Virus record (IMG/VR): IMGVR_UViG_3300023174_000039
Span: 267,655-331,654 of that record
Direction: 5' to 3' (one strand)
DNA: 64,000 nt
Both the position numbers and the translations under genes were made by a program. The notes under the pieces are model-generated. The model saw only the letters and a program-made list of their open reading frames with translations, was not told the origin of the DNA and did no database searches. How positions within the stretch are numbered: position 1 is the stretch's first letter; each line of letters begins with the position of its first letter. Below, one piece after another: positions 27,397-37,319 of the stretch.

Positions 27397-28896
27397 TTAT
27401 TCTGCCTGTATTTCTACGCCTTCAGGAACAGGTTCTGCTCCTGGTGGAGGTGGTGGTTTACCTTCTTCAAGACTCAGCTTGACATCAACCCCTTCGTTGT
27501 GATAACTGTAGGGTTCGTGTGTGGGTGCTCTGCTCACAATACTTTCAAGTCCGTCTGCTAGAGTTTGCCAACCTTTACTGGTGTCAAACTCTGTGTCGTC
27601 CATGGTGGTTTTAACCACGGGCTTGGGTGCTGTTACTGAGGCTGCTGATGGCCCGTTCAAATCAATACCACCAGCTGAGAATATCAGCGTACTACCACCT
27701 TTCCAGGAACCGTTTGAACTATCTAACGCAAGTGATCCATCTGCTTTGACTCCAATGTAACTCTTGCTGTACAAGGTTAAATTTTCCTGTGCTGTAGCAG
27801 TCAAATTCATTTCTGCTTCTAATGTGATATTTTCTTTGGATTTGGCAGTGATGTTACGACCTGCATACATGTTGATATCTCGGTCGGCATGAAGATTGAT
27901 ATCTCCACGGGTGCGAACATTTACAGAGTTTGTGGCAAACACATCCACAGTGCCTTCAGATCCAAACTCCAACCATGTGAGTCCATTGGCATGTGTGATA
28001 TAAAAGAAATCGCCCGAATCACTCATGGTAATTTGATGACCCTTGGCAGTTCGCAAACGGAACAATGCATTATCGCCGTCTTGATTACCGTCGTCCATGA
28101 CCAATGTATGGCCGCCCATGCGTCCAATAACTTTGACATCTTGTGGTTTTAGTGTGCCCGCATCAATGCGATCTCTAATCTCACCTGGTTTGATACCGCC
28201 TTGGTAAATGGCAACACCTGGAGTACTGACACCAAATACTGCACTAGGCGATTCTCGTTGACAGCTACTGGCAATTGGGCCGCGCTCGGGGTCATTTATT
28301 AGACCTTGTTGGAATAGCGCGGCGGCCACAACACTGTGGACTGGCTTGGACTGTTCAAAGAAACGTGGATTGTTGATTACCCCAAGATTAGTGTCGTTGA
28401 TTTCAGTTACAGGTGCTTGACTAGCATCTGCTAGATACACTTTTTGGTTTTCGTTTTGTGCCACAAAATTTGTTGCAGAGCCAATTGCAGGGATCATGTG
28501 GTTGATACCTTGTTCAGGTACTACACCAATGTAATAACCTTGATCTCGATCACCGTTGATAAAGATACAAACTACGGTGACTCCCAGATCTGGCGGTGTG
28601 AACCACATACCATAACTGTTTCTGTTGCCAGGATATGTGCCTGGACCTGTGCTGGTTCCTGACTTAGGTGTGGCGCCATAAAAACTAGGCAAATAATCCA
28701 CTGTGGTCCACTTGGTTTCGTCAGTCATGTTGCCATCGTTGAAGTTGGTAATGAATACTTGTAGTCTCCCTGCTCGTGTGGGGTCAATGTTGTTCATTAC
28801 TATGCCCAAAAACGGACCGTTCTCTGATGGGTATCCGCCACGGTCTAATTTATAATTCCCGGGACGTCCACGACTGCGTTGTGTATTTTCTGCCAT
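27397..28896 (-). CDS. gp5: Baseplate hub/central spike gp5-like (OB fold plus beta-helix, no recognisable lysozyme domain)
   Basis: DPTRAGRLQV, YGMWFTPPDLG, GGHTLVMDDG, LRTAKGHQITMSD, then beta-helix repeats. Confidence 0.8.
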   Translation of the reverse strand: MAENTQRSRGRPGNYKLDRGGYPSENGPFLGIVMNNIDPTRAGRLQVFITNFNDGNMTDETKWTTVDYLPSFYGATPKSGTSTGPGTYPGNRNSYGMWFTPPDLGVTVVCIFINGDRDQGYYIGVVPEQGINHMIPAIGSATNFVAQNENQKVYLADASQAPVTEINDTNLGVINNPRFFEQSKPVHSVVAAALFQQGLINDPERGPIASSCQRESPSAVFGVSTPGVAIYQGGIKPGEIRDRIDAGTLKPQDVKVIGRMGGHTLVMDDGNQDGDNALFRLRTAKGHQITMSDSGDFFYITHANGLTWLEFGSEGTVDVFATNSVNVRTRGDINLHADRDINMYAGRNITAKSKENITLEAEMNLTATAQENLTLYSKSYIGVKADGSLALDSSNGSWKGGSTLIFSAGGIDLNGPSAASVTAPKPVVKTTMDDTEFDTSKGWQTLADGLESIVSRAPTHEPYSYHNEGVDVKLSLEEGKPPPPPGAEPVPEGVEIQAE

Positions 28897-28905
28897 TATA
28901 GGTCC

Positions 28906-31900
28906 TTAGAAGTCTTTCTCTATAGTTTGTGGATTTGAATCAGTTTGTAGTTCAGCATTGGCATCAATCATGTTTTGATCTACGCCCATTTTAGGTGGTG
29001 CTAAAAACGCATTCAAACCAATGTCTTGGCCGTCACTGCTGGTTGTAGAATTTTGTTGCGGTCCTGGTGCTGAATCATCATTGGGTGTGGTGCTGGTAAT
29101 AGATGCACTGGCAGTATTAGAATTATTAACTTCTGCTTCTATCTCTGCCTTTGTCTTGCCACCAGTTTTATTTGTTGATGTGCTGTCTTCAGATCTACTG
29201 CTAGCACCATCATTGCCAACACTGTTGCTTGGTTGCGTTACTGCATTCTTCAAATTTTCAGTTGGATACAGATACAATGATCCATCAATGGTTTGTTCAA
29301 ATCTACCTTGACGAAATTCTGAAGTACACTTGATTGCCTGGTACACATAGCTGTTTATAGGTTTACGTGGGCCGCCTTCTTTTCCATACGGGTTAGCAAG
29401 TCCTGTGTTTAAATTGTAGTCTTGTGGCTTTTGCCATTCAATGGAAAACATCACCTGCTGCGAATCAAAATTTATAGTGCCGTCAGGTAAAAACCCACCG
29501 TAATAAAAATTGCCAATGCCAACTCCGCTAGATACACTGCCTTGTTGTATCCATCCTGGATCACCAACAATTTTTATTTTGCCTTTGGCCAAGTCACTGG
29601 GGCTGTACAAAGACTCTGCCGCATTGGCACTGACTTCATTGGCATCTAACTCGGCACCTGATCGTGTTTGATCACTTGCAGCCTGGTAAGAATATTTTGT
29701 TAGTTCTCTCATACTACTGGTATATTTTTGTCGTAGTTTCTTAAGGTTGTTGTTGCCAGGTTCTTTACCACTTACTGTCATGTTATACAAGTGATTGAAT
29801 GTGGCTTGGTAGTCAATCACATCTGTGTTTTCTCCAGTGAACCAGTAAAGATATTGTTTGTGTACTCCCAAGAACTTGGGAATAGGATAGAACTTGCTGT
29901 TGAAGTTTTGTATGATGTACGGACTGATAATGTATCTAATGGTATAAGAATAATCGTTGCGCTTGTAATCATATTTGCCAGGAATTGCTTCCATGGTAAT
30001 TTCAAACCAATTTAAATTTGCAGTTGCCGGAACTTTGTTTTCAGACGAGTTGTCATCTTCTCCGTCTTTGTTTATTTTTTCTACGTTGGGAGTCTCTGAG
30101 TTTTGTATTGCTGCCTGCTTGTAGATATAACTGCTGTTGCGAATGGTCAAATCAATAGCTTGCAGTATTTGTTGACCTGCAGTTACATTGAAATTTCTTA
30201 CATTGTTGTCAGTGCGTTGTCTAGCAGTGTCTTTGCTCTTGGGATCCTTGGCTGCGGCTGGAGACATAGGAGTTGCACTTTGGTTTTTTACTTTACCAGG
30301 CAAAGTAATCAATGCATCTCTAATGGCTTCAGCTCCATTGGTAAACACAATTTCGTATGTGTCTGGTACTTGATAAATTCCTTTGGCTACTAGTTCGGCC
30401 TGAAGTTCATTCATGGCACCCATAAGTCCGGCAGTGATGGTTTTCTTAGGAGTTGGCGCCGCACTGGCTTTGGCTGGGCTGGGCAGTGCTACTCCAGTTA
30501 CCGAGTTTAGACCGCCAGTTGCGCTGTCTGTACGTCTTGGATCGTTTGCATTACGCCCGCCGGCTGCCGCTGCATTTTGTCTTGTTAGCCGAGCAGTTTC
30601 AGCATTGCTTTGATTGCTGTTTGTAGGAGTAGTTGTGGTACTTGCTCCGGGGTTTGACGTAGTAGTTGCACCAGTTCCGTATTTGGCCGACCCGCCAAGC
30701 AATCCGCTTACAGTTGAATCTGACAGTTCTATATCATAAGGAACAGTGCCACGTGCGGTTGTACCGGCAATCAACTGTCCCACTGGTCCACATTCAAAAT
30801 CATAGCTTACCAACTTGTTGCTCACACCCCAGTTGATTTTTTTAATAATAAAAGGAATAAACTTTTCACAAATGGCATTGGGGTCACTCAGTCCGTCTTT
30901 GCCTTTGGCACCTGGTCGTATCAAGTTACCTGCTTCGTCATATCCATACCAACGTATGACCATGAGATATTGTGCGGCTGTGTAGTTAACTGCACCTGTA
31001 GAATCTCTGGGTGCTTGATCTTGTACAGCTTGGTATAATCTGTCAATTAGTGTGATGCCACCAGGTTCAATTACAGTGAACTTCATGTTGGTAACCATGT
31101 GCGCTGCATTGGTTTGCTTGCCTGGAAACTGATTTTCAACGGTGATACTTTCAATATAAAAGTCATCCGCAAAAAATGGATTACGTCCAGCATCTGGATC
31201 TTTGGCTCCAGGGGTAGCAATTGCTGACGATGTGTCTACACCCGGAGTAGGGTCTCCAGCATTCAAATTACTTGTACTGGCACTTGATAGCGCACCTTTA
31301 GCTCCCCCAACATTGGTAGGTGCTCCGCCAGATTGGAACAGCAAATTGTAGCCGTTGACTTTCTTTTGTTTGCTTTGTATTAGTGCTTGGTACTGTGCCG
31401 GTGTCATCAAATACACCGAAGCATTATATGTTGAACTAGCAAACTTGGCTAGAATATTAGGCTGAGGAACAATAGGTTGTGGATCGTTAAACCCATTGTT
31501 AGTTTTTACAGATTGTGTTTCGGGTGTTGGGGGAATATTATCGTCAACTTGCCCGTTGCCAGCAGTGGTTGGTGTGATTGGAGCACCGGTAGAACTTCCA
31601 TTGGCTTCGCTGCCAATATTGGTATTAGTATCAGAATTAAGATTAAATGTTGTTGTATTTGCACCTGTGTTTGTGTTTGTGTTTGTGTTTGTATTTGCAC
31701 CTGTGTTTGTGTTTGTGTTTGTGTTTGTATTTGCACCTGTGGTCACAAAACCATCACCAGTGTTTACCGGAGGAACTGGCATTGCTTGTCCAGACACTCC
31801 CTCATAGGTAGCTTGTGTGGTATTAAACGTTTTAGTAGCTTGATCAGTTCCTGCACTTGCAACTCCCACATCAGGCTGAGTGGCATTTGTAGGAGTGGTT

Positions 31901-32208
31901 GTTGCTGGAGGCGTTGTTACACGCCCGTCAGGACCTGCTTGCAATGGCGGCGGCTTGTTGGAATTGTTTGTTGCATCATCGTTGACTGTTTTACCAGCAG
32001 ATTCTCCTGGGGTTGTTTGAATAGAATTTAGTTGTGCTTCCAGTGCTCTAATTTGCCCAGGAATAGTGGCAACTTCGGTAGTGTATCTTGCTATGATAGC
32101 CTGATTGCTTTGTAAACTTTTGTTTAATGTAGAAAGGCCATTTTGAGCAACACGATAGCGATCCTGAAGGGCGGCAATCTGTTGTTGAATTTGTGCCGAG
32201 GTAGCCAT
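28906..32208 (-). CDS. Baseplate hub protein (gp27/gp44-like position) with long low-complexity insertions
   Basis: 1100 aa between gp53 and gp5; NILAKFASSTYN, IKIVGDPGWI, YQAIKCTSEFRQGRFEQTIDG. Confidence 0.55.
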   Translation of the reverse strand: MATSAQIQQQIAALQDRYRVAQNGLSTLNKSLQSNQAIIARYTTEVATIPGQIRALEAQLNSIQTTPGESAGKTVNDDATNNSNKPPPLQAGPDGRVTTPPATTTPTNATQPDVGVASAGTDQATKTFNTTQATYEGVSGQAMPVPPVNTGDGFVTTGANTNTNTNTNTGANTNTNTNTNTGANTTTFNLNSDTNTNIGSEANGSSTGAPITPTTAGNGQVDDNIPPTPETQSVKTNNGFNDPQPIVPQPNILAKFASSTYNASVYLMTPAQYQALIQSKQKKVNGYNLLFQSGGAPTNVGGAKGALSSASTSNLNAGDPTPGVDTSSAIATPGAKDPDAGRNPFFADDFYIESITVENQFPGKQTNAAHMVTNMKFTVIEPGGITLIDRLYQAVQDQAPRDSTGAVNYTAAQYLMVIRWYGYDEAGNLIRPGAKGKDGLSDPNAICEKFIPFIIKKINWGVSNKLVSYDFECGPVGQLIAGTTARGTVPYDIELSDSTVSGLLGGSAKYGTGATTTSNPGASTTTTPTNSNQSNAETARLTRQNAAAAGGRNANDPRRTDSATGGLNSVTGVALPSPAKASAAPTPKKTITAGLMGAMNELQAELVAKGIYQVPDTYEIVFTNGAEAIRDALITLPGKVKNQSATPMSPAAAKDPKSKDTARQRTDNNVRNFNVTAGQQILQAIDLTIRNSSYIYKQAAIQNSETPNVEKINKDGEDDNSSENKVPATANLNWFEITMEAIPGKYDYKRNDYSYTIRYIISPYIIQNFNSKFYPIPKFLGVHKQYLYWFTGENTDVIDYQATFNHLYNMTVSGKEPGNNNLKKLRQKYTSSMRELTKYSYQAASDQTRSGAELDANEVSANAAESLYSPSDLAKGKIKIVGDPGWIQQGSVSSGVGIGNFYYGGFLPDGTINFDSQQVMFSIEWQKPQDYNLNTGLANPYGKEGGPRKPINSYVYQAIKCTSEFRQGRFEQTIDGSLYLYPTENLKNAVTQPSNSVGNDGASSRSEDSTSTNKTGGKTKAEIEAEVNNSNTASASITSTTPNDDSAPGPQQNSTTSSDGQDIGLNAFLAPPKMGVDQNMIDANAELQTDSNPQTIEKDF
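31655..31740. repeat. 36-bp tandem unit x2.4, each containing (GTGTTT)4
   Basis: gtattt gcacct (gtgttt)4, twice plus a partial copy; encodes GANTNTNTNTNT. Confidence 0.95.
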
Positions 32209-32211
32209 TGA

Positions 32212-32511
32212 TTAAAACCCCAGTGATGTTTTGAGAGTGTTGAGTTTAGGCAAGTAAATTTTTACACCTGACTTAAAATCCAACGGTGGTGCTGTGAGTG
32301 TGTTAGGGTTGCGTTGATAAAATACCCACCACAAGGCAGCATCTTGGTACAAGTCAAATGCCAACAGGTCTGGTCGATACTGGTATGTTTGATTGATGAT
32401 AAATTCCAGGTCATCAGTTTCTTTGGGAATAGATCGGTTGACCATGACATCCAAGAAAAACTGACTATATCCAGTTTGATAGTACGGGCTTGTTGACACA
32501 TAGTTAGACAT
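32212..32511 (-). CDS. gp53: Baseplate wedge protein gp53-like
   Basis: 99 aa; YQYRPDLLAFDLY...LWWVFYQRNP. Confidence 0.8.
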   Translation of the reverse strand: MSNYVSTSPYYQTGYSQFFLDVMVNRSIPKETDDLEFIINQTYQYRPDLLAFDLYQDAALWWVFYQRNPNTLTAPPLDFKSGVKIYLPKLNTLKTSLGF

Positions 32512-35264
32512 TACCAGAATCCTCCTTTGATCAACGCACCCGATGCAAATTCTTTCATGTTGAACTGTGTGCTCACTTGACTGCGTGTGTTGATTGGCAG
32601 CAGAGTAATACTGAGTTCAATCTTGGTTGGCACATAGGTTGCCTGCGAAGTGTTATTGACGTTTTGATTTATCATACCTGGAGTTGGCGGAGTTGCTGTA
32701 GCACCCACTGGGGGTTTGGTTGGTGTTCCTAACAATCGTGTTAGGCTAGCAGATCCAGCATTGGCCGCAATAGCACCTGTTCGGGCACGTTGTGTTAACA
32801 AATTTGTACCATAGTTGTTGGGTGCATTTGCTCTTATATAGTCAACATCAGGCGGTAGGCTGTAGTTAAACTGCGATACCACACACGGATGCTGATTAAA
32901 CTGGTACGCACCCAGGCCACTTAGATAAGTCAGCGGGGGCGGTGCACCGCGATATGCATCTTTGGCACCGTAGAACATTTTGGTTACACTGCGGAAGAAG
33001 TGAATTACTGCTAACAAGTAGGCGGCTTCTTGTGTGTCTTGTGCGGTAAATGTAGCACGAATATTGATGTCATTCACGCGGCTGTTCTTGTAGAAGTATC
33101 CACGGAAGTTTGAGTGTGTGAGATCATACATTTCATAGTTGGCATTGTATGATGTTTCAATTGACGGAGTGTAAGGGAATATCACACCATCGGTGTCGTA
33201 TAAGGGTTTTAATATGCCTGCTTCGGCACCATCTTTGCCGGCTTTGTACAGGTAGTTTGCCCCAGGTGCCAGTTGCAATCGCACACGCCAATCTGAACTG
33301 GCAGGCTGTTTGTAACGTGCTTGTAGTGTGGCTTGGTTCAGTGCATTATTTTTAGCGGCTGCAGTTTCGGCAGCATCTCGATCAGCATTGATTTGATCTT
33401 GTATAGGGCCTGTGGTTCCATCATCAGCGGCGGCACCCAGTGCTGGATCAGTTTTAGAGTCAACATTGGTGGCTTCATATTGTTCGGCACCTTCAGCAGC
33501 GGCAGCTGCCAATTCAGCATCAACTTCTTCCGGCGATAACAGCGGCGGTTCTTCTAGTGCGTTTTCATTGGCACGAACTTGTTCATCAACTCCGGCAAAT
33601 TCATCTACAGCTTCTGGATCAAAGTGCTGAGGTTCTGCATTGGCGTCAATAAGATTTTGATCAACTATAGAGTTTTGAGGGTCTGCATTAGCGTCAACAA
33701 AATTCTGGTCAACTGCTTGCGGATCAAAACTTTGAGGTGCTGCATTAGCGTCAAGAAGATTCTGATCAACTGCTTGTGGATCAAAGTTTTCCGGCGCCGT
33801 GTTAGCGTCAATAAAGTTTTGATCAACTGCTGCTGGGTCTCTCGATTCAAACAGTGCCGCAGTTTCAGCTTCGGTCAATTCTGTTACGGTAACATCAGCT
33901 TCAACAAACGAATCAACTAAGTTTGGATCAGCACCATCAAACAATGCATTGGTTTCTTCTTCGCTGAGAATTGTTAATGTAGTTTCTGCCTGAACTTCTG
34001 CATTGGCGTCAAGAAAGTTCTGATCCACAGCAGTTTCTGGATCATTGTCGGCGACTACTAATGCATTGAGATTTTGGTTGTTAGCGGTGAATGCATCAGA
34101 GTTTTCTACAATTACTGCTTGATTTATTTCAACAGATGTCAGCTGGCGGTTATTGTTATCTGTTGCATTGTCAATGTTGGTCTGTGCTCGATCGATTACA
34201 GATGCATTTTCTGCAATTGTGGCCAGTTGTGCGGCATTGTTTGCTTCAAGTAATGCTCGTCGATCAGCAGGCAAGTTGTCATCTGCGAGTTCACGATTGT
34301 TCTGATCAATGATTGCTTGTGCTTGCCGTTGCTGTTCTTGTGCCTCTGCCAATGATTCTTGATTGGCCAAGATTGATCGATTGTTGGCTTGAATATTTTC
34401 TTCTGCTCGGGCAATTTCGGTTTGTGCACCAACAACATTTTGTAAATTTTGATCCTCGTCATCTGTTAATACAGTGTTTCCGGCCAAAAGTTTTGCGGCA
34501 TCCTGAGCAACAGCGGATGTGTCAGGTGTTGGTACTGGATTGCCCGTGGTAGTACCACTCTGTGTCACTGATGAGTTGGTGGTTTTACCTAGTCCAGAAT
34601 AATATGTACCGCCAGTTTCTTCATTGATAGCAAAGCCAGGCATCAAGTTACCATCGTCGTCATATGCAGGAAACTGACTGGGATCTGAAGAGGGCTTAAC
34701 CAGTGTTTTACTTGTTGCTGGTCCGGGATCAAAAACTGATTCGCCAATGTTGGCTACAGCCGACGGTGCAGTTGTAGAAGAAGTAGTGCCTCCTACACCT
34801 AAAATATCTTTGGCTGAACTGAATAACGATCCAACCAGTTTGGCAGTTCCTGCAGGATTGGCCACTGCCATTGCCAAGGCAGTTGCACCTGCAATATCTA
34901 ACAGTCCATTACTACTACTCATAGTTGGACCAGTTCCAGTGTTAGTTTGTACGTTGTATGGTTTTGCTTGTTTAACCCCAGAATCAACTGCTGGTGATAC
35001 TGCTTTTCCTGTGGTTCCTGCGGCCACTGCTACCTTATTGTTGGCAGCATTTAGTGCCATTTGTGCGCTTTTGACTGTGGTGCTACTGGTAGTCACAGCA
35101 TTTTGTGCCGCCGTTAATGCCGCAGTTTGTGCGGCTGTAGGAGTTCCGCCCTTGGCTGTTATAGTTGCAATTGCTTGCTGAGACGCGGCCAATGAAGCAA
35201 CTGCATTGTTATATGCTCGTTGAGCTAGCACAGCGGCATTGTTTAGTTTTGGATCGACGGCCAT
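32511..35264 (-). CDS. Baseplate/tail-tube initiator-like protein (gp48/gp54-type C-terminal domain) with ~600-aa N-terminal extension
   Basis: C-terminal DWRVRLQL, GVIFPYTPSI, YDLTHSN, HFFRSVTKMFYG, GAPPP. Confidence 0.6.
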   Translation of the reverse strand: MAVDPKLNNAAVLAQRAYNNAVASLAASQQAIATITAKGGTPTAAQTAALTAAQNAVTTSSTTVKSAQMALNAANNKVAVAAGTTGKAVSPAVDSGVKQAKPYNVQTNTGTGPTMSSSNGLLDIAGATALAMAVANPAGTAKLVGSLFSSAKDILGVGGTTSSTTAPSAVANIGESVFDPGPATSKTLVKPSSDPSQFPAYDDDGNLMPGFAINEETGGTYYSGLGKTTNSSVTQSGTTTGNPVPTPDTSAVAQDAAKLLAGNTVLTDDEDQNLQNVVGAQTEIARAEENIQANNRSILANQESLAEAQEQQRQAQAIIDQNNRELADDNLPADRRALLEANNAAQLATIAENASVIDRAQTNIDNATDNNNRQLTSVEINQAVIVENSDAFTANNQNLNALVVADNDPETAVDQNFLDANAEVQAETTLTILSEEETNALFDGADPNLVDSFVEADVTVTELTEAETAALFESRDPAAVDQNFIDANTAPENFDPQAVDQNLLDANAAPQSFDPQAVDQNFVDANADPQNSIVDQNLIDANAEPQHFDPEAVDEFAGVDEQVRANENALEEPPLLSPEEVDAELAAAAAEGAEQYEATNVDSKTDPALGAAADDGTTGPIQDQINADRDAAETAAAKNNALNQATLQARYKQPASSDWRVRLQLAPGANYLYKAGKDGAEAGILKPLYDTDGVIFPYTPSIETSYNANYEMYDLTHSNFRGYFYKNSRVNDINIRATFTAQDTQEAAYLLAVIHFFRSVTKMFYGAKDAYRGAPPPLTYLSGLGAYQFNQHPCVVSQFNYSLPPDVDYIRANAPNNYGTNLLTQRARTGAIAANAGSASLTRLLGTPTKPPVGATATPPTPGMINQNVNNTSQATYVPTKIELSITLLPINTRSQVSTQFNMKEFASGALIKGGFW
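33590..34050 (-). repeat. Imperfect acidic repeats of ~16-20 aa (DPxAVDQNFxDANA)
   Basis: At least six copies of VDQN[FL]xDAN in the translation. Confidence 0.85.
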
Positions 35265-35282
35265 TATTAGTTTCCTATATGT

Positions 35283-35288
35283 TATTTA
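35283..35288 (-). promoter_or_regulatory. Late promoter core TAAATA for the baseplate operon
   Basis: 18 nt upstream of ATG 35264. Confidence 0.55.
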
Positions 35289-35333
35289 CCGGGTTTAAAA
35301 TGTGGGCCGTTTATCCGTAATCGCACAAACAGG

Positions 35334-35361
35334 TTGACAAATGTTGTAAATATGCTACACT
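35334..35361 (+). promoter_or_regulatory. Sigma70-type promoter for the gp55-gp47-gp46 operon
   Basis: TTGACA (35334-39), 16-bp spacer, extended -10 TGc-TACACT (35353-61); AGGAG at 35374-78. Confidence 0.7.
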
Positions 35362-35390
35362 ACATTATATTTTAGGAGTTCATACACAGT

Positions 35391-36290
35391 ATGTCTTTAT
35401 TGCCCAAGCCGGCCGCCAAGGTCAACTATCTCAACAACAGAGATATTTTAAAAGAGATTCACCACAGCAAAAACACTTACTGCTGGTACAGAGACAGAGA
35501 TCTAGATCATCAGTTTGATTTAATCTTACCTAGCGTGGACAAAATAAATCAACGCACTGTGGTTGAAGCACGTAAAAACCGTGCGGACCGTATCAAACGA
35601 GAAACAGGCGAAATTATTGATCAAAAGAAGATACCCAATACAGATCTAGTGTTTCGTATCACGTGTTGGGATCATATTCCCAAGGCACCTAAGAAAATTA
35701 CCAAAGCTGAAGCAAAAAAGAAAAAGCTAGAAGAAATACTGGATCTAGATGATGCGGTTGAAGATGACCCGCTAGCAGACCTAGTAGATGTGCCGGTACT
35801 GAACATGAACTATGTGCGTTTGAACTTCCCACCGTTTGAACACTATCGACTAGATGAAAATAAAAATACTTTTTTGGTTGGGCGAAGTCACTGGCAGGGC
35901 GACTTGGAAACAGGAGAGTTTTCTAGAGATCATGGCAACATGACTCGTAAACTTGCAATGATGTTTATGAAGCTGTGTGAGCGTTATGCCACACGGTCAA
36001 ACTGGCGTGGCTACACCTACAACGAAGAGATGCGTGGACAGGCTCTACTACAACTCAGCCAAATTGGTCTGCAGTTTGACGAGTCAAAATCGCAGAACCC
36101 TTTTGCTTATTACACTGCGGCCATTACCAACAGCTTTACTCGTATCCTAAATATTGAGAAGAAGAATCAAAACATACGCGATGACATTTTGGAAATGAAC
36201 GGATTGAATCCATCATGGACTAGACAGAATTCCGGCAAGGCAGGTATGGCAGCCATGTCCGGACCGGTTGTGTCTAGCTTGGATGAGTAG
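35391..36290 (+). CDS. gp55: Late-transcription sigma factor gp55-like
   Basis: YLNNRDILKEIH, NWRGYTYNEEM, FDESKSQNPFAYYT. Confidence 0.85.
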   Translation: MSLLPKPAAKVNYLNNRDILKEIHHSKNTYCWYRDRDLDHQFDLILPSVDKINQRTVVEARKNRADRIKRETGEIIDQKKIPNTDLVFRITCWDHIPKAPKKITKAEAKKKKLEEILDLDDAVEDDPLADLVDVPVLNMNYVRLNFPPFEHYRLDENKNTFLVGRSHWQGDLETGEFSRDHGNMTRKLAMMFMKLCERYATRSNWRGYTYNEEMRGQALLQLSQIGLQFDESKSQNPFAYYTAAITNSFTRILNIEKKNQNIRDDILEMNGLNPSWTRQNSGKAGMAAMSGPVVSSLDE

Positions 36291-36302
36291 TATAATCAAT
36301 AG

Positions 36303-37319
36303 ATGAGTAATCTATTTAAAAAAGCCGCAATCTTCACAGACATCCACTTTGGTCTCAAGTCAAACAGCACATTGCACAACGAAGACTGTTTGGCTTTTGT
36401 CAAATGGGCCACTGCCAAGGCCAAGGCAGAAGGCTGTGACACTTGTCTGTTTCTAGGTGATTGGCACAACAATCGATCAAGCCTAAACATTGTCACACTA
36501 AGCTACAGTCTGCGAGCATTAGAACACATGAATGCCAACTTTGATCGTGTGTTTTTCATTCCTGGCAATCATGACTTGTATTATCGTGACAAGCGTGATA
36601 TACAAAGTGTAGAATGGGCCAAACACTTGCCAAACATTGAAATATGCAACGACTGGTTCAGTGATGGCAATGTTATCATTGCTCCTTGGTTGTGTGGCGA
36701 CGATCATAAACGTATTCCCAAACTAAAAGGTCAGTACATGTTTGGGCATTTTGAACTGCCTGGATACATGATGAATGCCATGGTAGAGATGCCAGATCAC
36801 GGAGAGATCCGCAGGGAAGACTTCAACAACTTTGATCATGTGTTCACTGGTCACTTTCACAAACGTCAGACCAAAAAGAACATTACCTACATTGGTAACT
36901 GCTTTCCGCACAACTATGCTGATGCCGGTGACGATGATCGTGGATTGACTATTTTAGAGTGGGGGCAAGATCCGGTGTATCATGCGTGGCCCGCACAACC
37001 CAAATATCGGGTGTTAGGGTTAAGCTCGGTAATTGACAATGCTGCCACACTGCTTGCTCCTGACATGCATGTTCGTGTACAATTAGACATTGAGATCTCA
37101 TACGAAGAAGCCAACTTCATTAAAGAAACATTTATCAAGCAGTATCAACTGCGAGAAATGGCATTGATTCCTAACAAGAACTCCGGGGTTGACACAGACA
37201 TGGCACCCGGAGAAGTAAAGTTTGAATCTGTTGATCAAATTGTTACAGACCAACTCACCAACATTGAATCTGAATTTTACGATCCAAAACTGTTGCTAAA
37301 GATTTATCAAAACTTATGA
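36303..37319 (+). CDS. gp47: Recombination endonuclease subunit gp47 (Mre11/SbcD)
   Basis: TDIHFG, LGDWH, GNHD, GHFE, GHFH metallophosphoesterase motifs. Confidence 0.92.
   Translation: MSNLFKKAAIFTDIHFGLKSNSTLHNEDCLAFVKWATAKAKAEGCDTCLFLGDWHNNRSSLNIVTLSYSLRALEHMNANFDRVFFIPGNHDLYYRDKRDIQSVEWAKHLPNIEICNDWFSDGNVIIAPWLCGDDHKRIPKLKGQYMFGHFELPGYMMNAMVEMPDHGEIRREDFNNFDHVFTGHFHKRQTKKNITYIGNCFPHNYADAGDDDRGLTILEWGQDPVYHAWPAQPKYRVLGLSSVIDNAATLLAPDMHVRVQLDIEISYEEANFIKETFIKQYQLREMALIPNKNSGVDTDMAPGEVKFESVDQIVTDQLTNIESEFYDPKLLLKIYQNL

Noticed and set aside
31477-32031. ORFs with CVCVC, VFVF or QTQT repeats
   Set aside because: Other-frame readings of the GTGTTT microsatellite.
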